From positions 40,239,280 through 40,274,008 of the forward strand of contig JBOZIK010000001.1 of assembly GCA_051453625.1 (NCBI GenBank): DNA of 34,729 bases. Direction: 5' to 3'. Positions 23,035 to 34,729 of this stretch are shown here, piece after piece (the first letter of the stretch is position 1; every line of letters starts with the position of its first letter). The position numbers were made by a program, and so were the translations under genes. This DNA is from Welwitschia mirabilis. Taxonomy: Eukaryota. Below the pieces are notes generated by a model, which saw only the letters and a list, made by a program, of their open reading frames with translations, was not told where the DNA came from and did not search any database.

Positions 23035-25617
23035 TCATTACATTGTGTATTAACAATATATCATTAGTGATTTTCTTTTCTTGTGATAGCATTTAGCAAT
23101 AACTATATAGATATGTATATAGGACATAATTTAACTAAGCCTCTTTTTATTATTTATTAACATTGTAAACAATTTAATTTATTGATTTATCTACTGTGTT
23201 AGCATTATAAAATGAGTAGTTATGGTTTTTCCTTATCATAATGGTATGCGTTTATGTAATGCAATGTAATTATATTGTGCATGGTATAGTTATCCAGTGA
23301 TGCAGGTGTAGCACACTCCTTAGTGACTATGGTTATCTTAATATGCCTTATCAAAATCCAGGTATGTAGCCTTAAACTTATTATCTTACATGTTCATGCT
23401 CATGAATTGAATGTTTTTAGTAGTTATTGTTACATTGTGTACAATGATATTTCATTAGTGATTTTTCTATGATGCTTGTTGAAAATATCTAGGCATAGAA
23501 TTAGCTTCTTTTATCCTTTAATTTCTATGGTACCAAGTCTATTGAGACTAGTGATCCAATTCAGTAGCATGTGGACTAGTTCCTTTGGTCATTTTTATAT
23601 TTATGTATTATTAGATTCATTATATTGTATTATAAAAGGATCATCCATAAGGTACCCTGCTGCATCGACATGTGTGTGTGTGTGTGTGTGTGTATACCCC
23701 TGTGTGTAAATCGTATTTCTACATAATGTTATACTATTGATATATCCCTCTCATTGGCTGATACTAAGAAGAGGGAGAGATTAAAGGGATCTCTTTATAT
23801 GCTTAGTTGATGGATCTACTAATGGTTATTTATACATTTTCTTTCCTCCCATTGGCTAATACTAGGGATCTCTTTACATGCTTAGTTGATGGGTTTACCG
23901 ATGGTTATTTATATATTTTCTTCCCTCCCATTAGTGAAGACTAAGATGAGGGAGAGAGTCGAGGGATTTCTTGACAGGCTTAGCTTCTATGTGTCTAATG
24001 GATATTTTGGCTAAGTGACCAGGGGGTTCACTATATTACATTTGAATACCCATATATGATTTATATTAATTATACATATGCATTATTATTGTTCATGCAT
24101 TAGAATTCCTTATTAGAAAGGACTATTGTGACCTCAAGAGTTTCTGACTGGTTGTATCCTATACTTTTATACATATCTATGAGGCTTATGTATATATATG
24201 TATGAGTAATACGTTTTGGTGACATGTCATTTTAATATGTCATGATACTCTTTTTTTAGTTGAGTTGGATATTGTGCTTTTTGATTAGTTTATGCTTAAG
24301 TTTGCCCATATGCCACTGACACAGACTACCCTTAACTATCATATGCTCATGCATATTAGTGGGGATGGGAATGAGGTCCAATATAGAACTACATGTGATC
24401 TGAACTCCTCTAGATGAGGATACGTAGGCATTGTTGCTTGGTTGTTGTTGCGACCAACCATTCGACCACAACTCACACACTCCTCTAGTGTGTTTTTAAA
24501 TGAGATTTTTTTTTGGATAATCACAAGATGGAACGTGGTGTTAATTAGGTGAGCTATCCTCATATAGTTCTCCTAAGGTGTATCTTGTGAGTTGAGAGGT
24601 GATTATCTTAGNNNNNNNNNNNNNNNNNNNNNNNNNNNNNNNNNNNNNNNNNNNNNNNNNNNNNNNNNNNNNNNNNNNNNNNNNNNNNNNNNNNNNNNNN
24701 NNNNNNNNNNNNNNNNNNNNNNNNNNNNNNNNNNNNNNNNNNNNNNNNNNNNNNNNNNNNNNNNNNNNNNNNNNNNNNNNNNNNNNNNNNNNNNNNNNNN
24801 NNNNNNNNNNNNNNNNNNNNNNNNNNNNNNNNNNNNNNNNNNNNNNNNNNNNNNNNNNNNNNNNNNNNNNNNNNNNNNNNNNNNNNNNNNNNNNNNNNNN
24901 NNNNNNNNNNNNNNNNNNNNNNNNNNNNNNNNNNNNNNNNNNNNNNNNNNNNNNNNNNNNNNNNNNNNNNNNNNNNNNNNNNNNNNNNNNNNNNNNNNNN
25001 NNNNNNNNNNNNNNNNNNNNNNNNNNNNNNNNNNNNNNNNNNNNNNNNNNNNNNNNNNNNNNNNNNNNNNNNNNNNNNNNNNNNNNNNNNNNNNNNNNNN
25101 NNNNNNNNNNNNNNNNNNNNNNNNNNNNNNNNNNNNNNNNNNNNNNNNNNNNNNNNNNNNNNNNNNNNNNNNNNNNNNNNNNNNNNNNNNNNNNNNNNNN
25201 NNNNNNNNNNNNNNNNNNNNNNNNNNNNNNNNNNNNNNNNNNNNNNNNNNNNNNNNNNNNNNNNNNNNNNNNNNNNNNNNNNNNNNNNNNNNNNNNNNNN
25301 NNNNNNNNNNNNNNNNNNNNNNNNNNNNNNNNNNNNNNNNNNNNNNNNNNNNNNNNNNNNNNNNNNNNNNNNNNNNNNNNNNNNNNNNNNNNNNNNNNNN
25401 NNNNNNNNTGGTGTTAATTAGGTGAGCTATCCTCATATAGTACTCCTAAGGTGTATCTTGTGAGTTGAGAGGTGATTATCTTAGTCTCAAACTAATCTAT
25501 CTGCTATAATAATTAATCATATCATGTGAGTTAATTAGGTTAATTTTGTTTTGGAAAGAAAAAAAAGTCCCATGGTTTTCGTGCTTCTTAAGTTCAGCCT
25601 ATGAGCGGGTCATATCA
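23035..25617 (+). mobile_element. 3' part of a Tekay/Del-like LTR (includes a 797-N gap)
   Basis: Homologous to 21405-22519 and, inverted, to 2930-4000/10481-10760. Ends 'gagcgggtcatatca' with no PBS after it, so a 3' or solo LTR. (TG)11 at 23671-23692. Confidence 0.65.
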
Positions 25618-26964
25618 TTATCATTAACATCATGACCTTTGTACACTCTGCCATATGACTTGCATTAATTATTCTTATCTAACCTTGCTTTTTGTGATTT
25701 TGTTCAAATTCATGTCCTTCTCATTCCTGCTTTTATTTACTTAACACTGTTATTATACCTTTATCATTACATCACTAATGATTATATTTTACTCTCTGTT
25801 ATATTTCTCTATCCTTAGATAATTATATTTTACTATTATTTATTCTCTCTATTCTTTTTATGCCCCTCATTCTATGTTACTTATTTTATTTTTTTATACA
25901 TCTTATTCTTGCTACCTATTACTTAATCTATTTTCTTATTATTCTTACTTATATTGTTTATCCTTCTATTCATCTACATTTGATTTTGTACATTTTACTT
26001 GATTTCTCTATGATTACTTTAATCTATATACTTTTCCTATGAATTACTTTACTATACTATTCTTACCTCTTAATCATATGCTTAAATTGTCTTGTACCTT
26101 CAAATTACTTCTCTAGGCTCCTATATCTATACATTATTTACTATAAGCATATTATATTTTTATATGCTTAGTATTTATACTATTATATTTCATTTACTAT
26201 ATCACTTTAACTTTATTATCATATTCTTTCTATAATTCTTTTACTACTCCTATCCTTATCATGTATTCATCCCTTCAAATCTTTACATTTATTTATTATC
26301 TTATTTGCTACTTACTCTCTACTTTCATCATTTATATTAAACATTATTTTATCTAATATTCAATTTTGCTTATTCACTGTTTATCCTATATTACATCTAT
26401 GCCTTTCTACACCCTTTTCATCAATATCCTACCTTACCTTCTCTACCTATATTATTATATCTTATGATATTGTATCATACCTCTTACTACTATATTACCA
26501 TGTTTAGTTATATACCTATTTGCTACTATTTCATTTTCATATTCCCATCTTAAACCTATTATAGACTTCTATTAGGTGTTCCTAGATTTATTAATTTACT
26601 AACTTCTTAATCATGGATTAAATTCTCTAGTCCATGATATTGAGCATGAGAAGGAAGTGAAAGTTACCTAGTGGGTACTACTAGGTTATCTTGATGTTAA
26701 GATATATTCTTTTAATATTGTTTAGTATGTTTATTTTTTGATTAAAATTTGAAAAGTTCATGAAAGATGTAGGGGTATTAGAATTCTCATTTCTCAAGCC
26801 TCGCAAAATGTTGATCAAAACATTGTACTATCCTTACATATATTATTCATATATTTACTATTCTACTTTTTTACTATATTCAACTTACATACTTTATATT
26901 TACATGCCTACATTAACTAAATCAATTTACTAATGCTAAATTACTCATGCTATTATTCTAGAAC

Positions 26965-27155
26965 TGAAGCATTTGTGCTACACTGATTTAAAATGTACTC
27001 TCTAAAGTACTCCTTGGAAATGTCTTATATTTGAAATAGGCAAATAGTCATGACTTATATCCAAAGGTCATGACTTATGAAAATTAGAGGCAAATCGTTG
27101 TGACTTATATCCAAAGGTTAAAACTTATGGAAATTATAGAGAGAAAAAATCTTCA
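26965..27155 (-). repeat. 3' LTR (191 bp) with an internal 50-bp tandem duplication
   Basis: About 32 mismatches plus one 7-bp indel versus 32038-32221 (hand count, ~17%). Confidence 0.93.
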
Positions 27156-27165
27156 ATCCTCCCCC

Positions 27166-30100
27166 TCAAGTTGGTGCATAGATATCACACATGTCCAACT
27201 TGTTAAGGCTTTTTGAAAATATTCAATTTGAGACTTCCTTATTAAGAACATCAACTAATTCATCCTTAAATTGAATTTTAGGAAGTTCTATAATTTTTCC
27301 ATCTAATTTCTTCTTAATGAAGAATCTATCTACTTCAACATGCTTTCTTCGATCATGTTGAATTGGATTATGGGTAGTGTCACATGAAGCTTTATTGTCA
27401 CAATACATCCAAATTGGTTTCTTAGATGGATAATCAAAATCTTACAAAAGTAATCTCAACCATAAGGCTTTACAAAATCCTAGTGTCATACCTCTAAATT
27501 TAACTTTTTCACTTAAGCAAGCAATAAAATTTTGTTTCTTGCTTCTCCATGTAATAAGATTATCACCCACAAATGTGAAATAATCAAAAATTAATCATCT
27601 ATCATTGATTGATCTAGTCTAATATATGTTACTATATGCATCTATGCTTTGATAATCTCTATTTTTAGTAAACAGTATTCCCTTTCTAGGAGCAGACTTC
27701 AAATGCCTCAAAATATGCATGAATGCATTCATATGTTGTTCTTCTAGATTATGCATAAATTGGTTGATAATACTCAATGCATAGGTAAGATCTGATCTAG
27801 TGTGGGATAAGTACATCAACCTCCCTATTAGCCTTTGGTATCTCCTTTTATCAACTAGTATTTGTTTTAACTCAATACATAACTTCAAGCCTTCCTCAAT
27901 GAGTGTATTAGCTGATTGACATGATGACATTTTGGTCTCTTTTAATAAAGTCTAATGCATATTTCCTTTAAGACAAAAATATTCCTTTCACTTTGATCCT
28001 AAGAAAATATCTCAAGGAATCAGGGTCTTTCATTTCAAATTCTTTGGATAAATACTCTTGTAAAACCTTCCTTTCTTTTGGATCATTCCTTGTAACTATC
28101 ATGTCATCCACATATACAATGAGTGTAATGATCTTATCCTACTGTTTTTTCAAAAATAGAGGATGGTCTTAATTGCTTTGATGGTTCAAATGCTATTATA
28201 GACTTTCTAAATCTTCCAAATCATGCTCGTAGAGACTGTTTTAGCTTATACCATGATTTCTTCTATCTGCACACCTTTTGACTATGCTTTTCTAGGGCCA
28301 TGCATCCTGGTGAAAGCTCCATATAAACTTCTTCAGATAATTCTTTAAGCAAAAAGGCATTTTTTACATCAAATTATTGTAATGATGAATTTAAGTTTTC
28401 TACTAAGGATAGCAATACCTTGACAGTGTTGACTTTAGCTATAGATGAAAATGNNNNNNNNNNCCATAGGTCTTACTTTAAATCATTCAATCATGCCATT
28501 TGCTTTATACTTCATAGTGTAAATACATTGACATCTTATTGGTTTCTTTCCTGGTGGGCAATCAATAAGGTCCCAAGTTTCATTCTTTTACAAGGAGTTC
28601 ATTTCCTCATTCATAGCAGCTTTCCACCTTGAATCAATTAAGGCTTCTTGCATACTGTTAGGAATAGCTATAGTGGATAATTAATTAACAAATGACTAAT
28701 TTAATTTTTACAACTTGTGGTTAGATACAAAATGACTCATGGGATATTTAACTTTACTTGAAAGTTAAGGTTTATATGTGGGTTTAGGAATACCTCTAGT
28801 AAGAAGTTCTAGTAGTTTTTTTCTTGAAGGCTCAAGTATTAAATCAGAAACATCCTTAGTAAACAGCTAATGTAATATATTAGTGAGGGGATCAAATTAT
28901 TCGATTGATGGATTTTCTTATTCAATCACTTCTTCAACTTCTAAATAATCATTAACATTATGATTAAAAGCTACACCACTTATATATGAATTGTTGCCAT
29001 CATTTTTTTTAATAATCTGCTAATTTAGAGTCTAAATCTCCNNNNNNNNNNNNNNNNNNNNNNNNNNNNNNNNNNNNNNNNNNNNNNNNNNNNNNNNNNN
29101 NNNNNNNNNNNNNNNNNNNNNNNNNNNNNNNNNNNNNNNNNNNNNNNNNNNNNNNNNNNNNNNNNNNNNNNNNNNNNNNNNNNNNNNNNNNNNNNNNNNN
29201 NNNNNNNNNNNNNNNNNNNNNNNNNNNNNNNNNNNNNNNNNNNNNNNNNNNNNNNNNNNNNNNNNNNNNNNNNNNNNNNNNNNNNNNNNNNNNNNNNNNN
29301 NNNNNNNNNNNNNNNNNNNNNNNNNNNNNNNNNNNNNNNNNNNNNNNNNNNNNNNNNNNNNNNNNNNNNNNNNNNNNNNNNNNNNNNNNNNNNNNNNNNN
29401 NNNNNNNNNNNNNNNNNNNNNNNNNNNNNNNNNNNNNNNNNNNNNNNNNNNNNNNNNNNNNNNNNNNNNNNNNNNNNNNNNNNNNNNNNNNNNNNNNNNN
29501 NNNNNNNNNNNNNNNNNNNNNNNNNNNNNNNNNNNNNNNNNNNNNNNNNNNNNNNNNNNNNNNNNNNNNNNNNNNNNNNNNNNNNNNNNNNNNNNNNNNN
29601 NNNNNNNNNNNNNNNNNNNNNNNNTTTTTAATAATCTGCTAATTTAGAGTCTAAATCTCCTTTTGGTACTCCCCCTGAAATCTAGACTTAAAGGAAAAAT
29701 ACATTGAGTTTTCATGAAAAAGTACATCTAATGTTATAAACATTCATTGTATTGGAGGATGATAACATTTGTAGCCCTTCTAATGCATAGCATACTCCAA
29801 AAAAACACATATTAAAGCTTGTGAATCCAACTTATTACACTGATGCTTATGAAAATGTACAAATACTACACAACCAAAGATATGAGAAGGTAAATTAGGA
29901 ATACTTGAAGCAACCAAGCATCACTAAGGGCTTGGAATGATATTCGAAAATCAATAGTTATTAATGGAGTTTGATTAATTAAATATGTTGTAGTGGTAAG
30001 TGCTTCCCCCCAATAAGATAATGGCATATGATATTCAATTAGTGAAGCATGAAAAACTTCTAGTAAATTTTGAATTTTTCTCTCGATAACCTTAGAGTTT

Positions 30101-31960
30101 ATTGGCACAAGTAGTTTGATTAATAATCCCATGCACTTCTAAATACTACTCAAGTTAAGAGTTCTGATACTCTCCTCCATTATCACTACGTAGAACCTAA
30201 ATCTGTGTATTGTACTGAGTTCTAATCATTTTATGAAATTTTTGAAATAACAAACTTAATTCAATTTTAGACTTCATTAAGCATGACCAGGTTATTCTGG
30301 TACAATCATCAATAACAATCACAAATCAATGTGCTTCTCTCAAAGTTAAGGTTTTGAATGGACCCCAGACATCAGAATGTACAACCATAAAAGGATGAGG
30401 ACTTTTATTTAAAATTAATGGAAATGAAGTTTGATGACTTTTTGGAAGTTTACGAACCTTACATCGAATGCTAGAAACATCAAACTTTCTAAATAAACTA
30501 GGAAATAATTTTTTTAGATAACCAAAGGATGCATGACTAAGATGTTGATGCCATAGCCAAATTTTAGATTTATTCTTCTTCCCCTTACAATTATCCACTA
30601 TAAAAACCTGGCATAACTTTTCAGAATGCTTTGAAATTAGGTCCAAGTAGTACAACTTACCTCATTTAATACCAGAACCAATCATCTACTTTATTTGAAT
30701 GTCCTCAAATATATAAAAATTAGGCTAAAAAATTACAACACAAAACAAGGCTGTGATCATTTGGGAAACAGATAAAATTTAAGGATAGGATAATTAAAAT
30801 AGAATCTAGATTCAAAGTATTAGTGAGGGTTGAAGAGTCTTCCCTAATAATTGGGGCTTGATTATCATTGGCAGTAGAAACAAAATTTTGGGAGGATGAT
30901 TTAAGATGTGTGATTTGTCTAAAATCAAATGTTATATGATCTGTAGCACTAGAATCAATTATCCATGCATTATTAGGAATAGGTGTAGAAATATTAAAAA
31001 CCGTACCACCATTATCTGTAGATGATACCAATGCATAGGCTCTTTTAGCAACATGATCATTTGTATTTGTTTTAACAATACCAACAATTTGGGTCCTCTT
31101 AGAGTTCTTCCTCTAGAAAGCTCGATTAAGATCCCATCATTTTGGATATCCTACAAGTTTATAGTAATGCTCTTTGGTATGTCTAGTCAAGTTATAATGG
31201 GTGCATTTGTAAGTAGACTTATTGATGTCATAGGTCATTTGTTATCTTTGATCGATTTCGAGTCAGCATTGTAGCAACTCCAAAATTTTCAGGCTCCACC
31301 TCTAGTGTTGCTTAGCATACTGCCTCTCGTTGAATTAACAAATAACATTCTTCAGGATCTAGAATGGGTTCCTTGAGTAAAATTTCTCCATGAATTTGTT
31401 CAAGATTACCATCTAGTTTAGCAATAAATATGTGCACCCTTAGGTGTTTAATGACTTTTGATATGCTACAATATCCTTAGGATCTTTCATGTCCATTGTA
31501 TCTCAATGGTCTAATTCTCAAAAACTTTAGTCAATTCTCCATAATATTTAGAAAGAGAGTTTCCATCTTATTTAGCTGTGAAAGCCTTTTGGTTTCAAGA
31601 AAAAAACTTGCAACTCATCACTTTCATCATAAAAAGCTTTTGATAGAGCATTCCAGATTTCAGAGGTAGTGGACAAGCGTAGGTAATACCTCATAATTTT
31701 TGAACTCATGGATATTAATAGCTATATTTTCACTTTTTGATTCTCGATGTACCAATTTTCATATCCATCTTTAGATTCTACAAGCGGCTTTATGTTACTA
31801 TGAATATAAGAGAGTTTCTCCCTCTTAGCAATATGCATCTCCATCAATTGTTACCAAACATCATAATTGGATTCAGTAAGAATAATTCTTTCATTGAATA
31901 CATCTTCAAATTGAACAACAATAGGAATTGATCTTGTTCTAGATGATTCAGTATTTTTTC
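27166..31960 (-). pseudogene. Ale-type Copia gag-pol, multiply disrupted
   Basis: gag LTESNYDVW*QLMEMHI; protease WIIDSSATDHIT; WHQHLSHASFGYLKKLFP; VHSDVWGP; YWGEALTTTTYLINQTP; YQRLIGRLMYLSHTRSDL; HDRRKHVEVDRFFIK; ends CDIYAPT*. Start position is approximate. Confidence 0.93.
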
Positions 31961-32037
31961 CACTCTTTTTTTTCCTTTTTGTTTGAAAACCTTTCTAATT
32001 TGTGGATTTTGTACTAGTAATGGCTCTGACACCAAAT

Positions 32038-32221
32038 TGAAGCATCTATGCTACACTGATATGGAATCTGTTCTCTAAAGTACTCCTTGAAAGCATCTTG
32101 TATTTGAAAGAGGCAAAGAGATGTAACTTATATCCAAAGGTCGTGACTTATGGAAATTAGAGACAAAGAGTTATGACAAAAGATCATGACTTATGGAAAT
32201 TGTAGAGAGTAAAAATCTTCA
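32038..32221 (-). repeat. 5' LTR (184 bp)
   Basis: tgaagcat...aatcttca, 3 nt from the PBS. Confidence 0.93.
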
Positions 32222-32357
32222 ACATTTTTACCTAAAGTGTCACATACACCAATGAATGAATCTAGCATTTCCTTGCTACGGAACAAGATAACTGAAGTGT
32301 AGTTTCACTTGAGTGAATTTTAGTGGTACTTAATTAATCATATGCTCTTTAAAACAC

Positions 32358-32619
32358 CGCCTCTAAAGCTTTCGTATGCTAAGGATATGTGAAAAGAGAC
32401 GTCTTTTTCATGAATTTAAAAACTCCTGAGACCTTAGTATCCCTTCGTGAAATACAATTAAGTCCCCTCAATGTCAGTTGATCATGCCGAAGAATATTTT
32501 AAATCTTACAGAACTTATAGAGAAATTGATCAAGATGTTGATTAATCATTCCAACTCGCTCCATAATTGTCATGTTGATGAACATTTTGTCAGCTTAGTT
32601 TCAAAGCTTGCCAATTCCT
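32358..32619 (+). pseudogene. Possible decayed LRR exon, probably a continuation of the NLR at 18053-19692
   Basis: LRR-like pieces in several frames: RL*SFRMLRIC, NLKTPETLVSLREIQL, CQLIMPKNILNLTELIE, FQSLP. Cut at 32620 by a Copia LTR. Confidence 0.4.
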
Positions 32620-32845
32620 TGTTAAAAGGGGATCCTCAGATTCAAGCACTCTTAGTAGTCTATTCTTGTAATAATTACTAGACAACATATGAATAGCAAA
32701 ATGGCGTACTAGAGCCATGACACTAGGTATTACTTTATAGGAGTCAAGCGCCAATAGGTTTGTAGAATACGGTGGGTAGCTCTCTGCTGTCACCGCCCTT
32801 GAGAATGTTTGGATGTGTACCCAATGTGAGCCACACATCCCAACA
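32620..32845 (-). repeat. 3' LTR (~226 bp)
   Basis: Starts TGTTGG directly after the PPT; TATA-like cctataaag; the far end (TTAACA at 32620) is inferred because the partner LTR is outside the window. Confidence 0.7.
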
Positions 32846-32883
32846 ATCTCTACCTTGGCTCAAATGGATTACATTTACAGTAT

Positions 32884-34729
32884 TTAAGTGGTGCTTATGC
32901 CCATTAAGTCCAAATAGTATTTGAACTTTACCTTGGGAAGAGACTTGGATAACATGTCAGCAGGATTTTATGAAGTATGTATCTTTTGTATAACAATGTC
33001 TCTTATAGCAAGAGTGTCTTTAATATAGTGACGCTTCACATCAATGTGTTTGGTCCTTAAGTGATACATATCATTCTTAGTAAGATGAATAACACTTTGG
33101 CTATCACAAAANNNNNNNNNNNNNNNNNNNNNNNNNNNNNNNNNNNNNNNNNNNNNNNNNNNNNNNNNNNNNNNNNNNNNNNNNNNNNNNNNNNNAACAT
33201 ACTCTACCTTGGTTATTGATAATGCAGTAATGAATTGAAGTAACGCCTTCCGGCTGATAGCAGAATTACAGAGAGTGAAGATTTATCCTGAAAGTGATCT
33301 TCATCTATCTAAGTCACCACCATAATTAGAATCGGTAAAGCCTACTACATTAGTCGATGTAGTTCTGCTTCCATTAAACATTCAGCCTAAAGTAAAAGAG
33401 CCCTTTAAATAATAAAGGATCCATTTTACAACATTCCAATGATCCTTTCCTGGATTATGCATGTATTGACTTACAATACTAACAGCATAGGTGAGATCAG
33501 GTCTAGTGCAGATTGTAGCATACATTAAACTTCCAACAGCATTAACATTAAGGACTAGTTGATCTACTTTCAATCTCTTCTTAGGTTTTCAGATAATAAT
33601 CTAAAAATAGTTTGAAGTGAGCAGCGAAGGGAGTGGAGACAGGTTTACAATTTAACATATTGAACCTATTAAGGACTTTCTGAATATATTTTCTTTATGA
33701 GAGAAACAATTTACCAACTTGACGATCTCTCTGAATTTCCATACCAAGAATTTTCTTAGCTTTACCCAGATCCTTCATCTCAAATGCTTTATACAGTTGT
33801 GATTTCAACTTATCAATTAAAGACTTGTTATGAGATGTGATTAACATATCATCAATGTAAAGTAATAAATACACAAAGGACATATCAGAATACTCCTGGT
33901 AATAGATACAATGATCATATTGACTTCTGTGAAAACCCTGTCTAATCATAAATGCATTAAACTTCTTGTACCACTGTCGCAGAGCTTGTTTAAGACCATA
34001 TAACGATTTATTTAGATGACACACATAACGTTCATTTCCTGGGGTTATAAAACCNNNNNNNNNNNNNNNNNNNNNNNNNNNNNNNNNNNNNNNNNNNNNN
34101 NNNNNNNNNNNNNNNNNNNNNNNNNNNNNNNNNNNNNNNNNNNNNNNNNNNNNNNNNNNNNNNNNNNNNNNNNNNNNNNNNNNNNNNNNNNNNNNNNNNN
34201 NNNNNNNNNNNNNNNNNNNNNNNNNNNNNNNNNNNNNNNNNNNNNNNNNNNNNNNNNNNNNNNNNNNNNNNNNNNNNNNNNNNNNNNNNNNNNNNNNNNN
34301 NNNNNNNNNNNNNNNNNNNNNNNNNNNNNNNNNNNNNNNNNNNNNNNNNNNNNTCGAAGTGTTATTTTTATGAAGACTATCCATTTCTATATTCATTATC
34401 ATTAACCACATAGAGGAGTCAGCACAAGAAACATCTTCTAAATAAGATGAAGGTTCCATACCTTCAGGAATTTCCTAGGCAACTGAGAGCATATGCAATC
34501 AACTCTTCATCAGTGTTAAGATATCTAGCTAGTTTCTTTATCATTCTCCTCGAATGATTTTGAGCAATTGAATAATCCTACTGTGGTTGATTAGGAGTAC
34601 TAATACTTGGAGTATTTGCTTTAATACTCATTTTAGTAGAGGAGGAAGGTGTGGAATTTATAATAGTCGATGGAGAGAATGTAACCTCTAACTCCACCTA
34701 CTTGTTAGACTTATGATCTGTTACTTCTT
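32884..34729 (-). pseudogene. Copia pol (integrase-RT spacer, RT, RNaseH), disrupted
   Basis: ORF fragments 33695-34459 and 33382-33573; C-terminus FKYYLDLMGISTT*. Confidence 0.94.

Larger units (their letters stand above)
26965..32221 (-). mobile_element. Full-length decayed Ty1/Copia LTR retrotransposon (Ale/Retrofit-like)
   Basis: Short LTRs 26965-27155 and 32038-32221 (TGAAG...CTTCA); PBS tggtgtcagagcc (32022-32034, minus); PPT tgagggggaggat (27156-27168, minus) overlapping the pol stop codon. Confidence 0.95.
32620..34729 (-). mobile_element. 3' half of a Tork/Tnt1-like Copia element, same internal family as 11973-17900 and inverted; runs off the window edge
   Basis: RT/RNaseH fragments (SLYGLKQALRQWY, LLLYIDDMLI, AVGSLMYATICTRPDL); PPT region tttgagccaaggtagagat (32846-32864, minus); LTR TGTTGG...TTAACA. 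Confidence 0.95.

Noticed and set aside
24592-25436. Long 272-277 aa ORFs and other X-rich ORFs
   Set aside because: Artefacts of translating N gaps.
27038-27137. CRISPR-like or other prokaryotic repeat-spacer array (also 23751-23985)
   Set aside because: Only 2-4 degenerate tandem units without unique spacers, inside plant LTRs, with no cas-like ORFs.

Overview
AT-rich plant nuclear DNA from a draft assembly with N gaps. It is mostly nested, decayed LTR retrotransposons, and I see no intact gene, RNA gene or CRISPR array. Elements resolved by hand: an Athila-like 3' end (1-~2860); Tekay/Del-like LTR copies (~2862-10760 minus, 20525-25617 plus); a non-autonomous Athila-like element with TSD (4001-10480); a full-length Tork/Tnt1-type Copia (11973-17900); an Ale/Retrofit-type Copia (26965-32221, minus); and a second Tork-type Copia cut by the window edge (32620-34729, minus). 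Two points are not visible in the ORF track. (1) Between the TEs lies a heavily decayed TIR-like/NB-ARC/LRR (TNL-type) immune receptor pseudogene at ~18053-19692, with a probable further LRR exon stranded at ~32358-32619. (2) The Copia at 11973-17900 is flanked by a 127-bp direct duplication instead of a 5-bp TSD, and that duplication is as diverged as the LTR pair (about 8.7% each, hand count). Lineage names and the TIR call come from motif recognition by eye, not database searches. The host species cannot be determined from this window.
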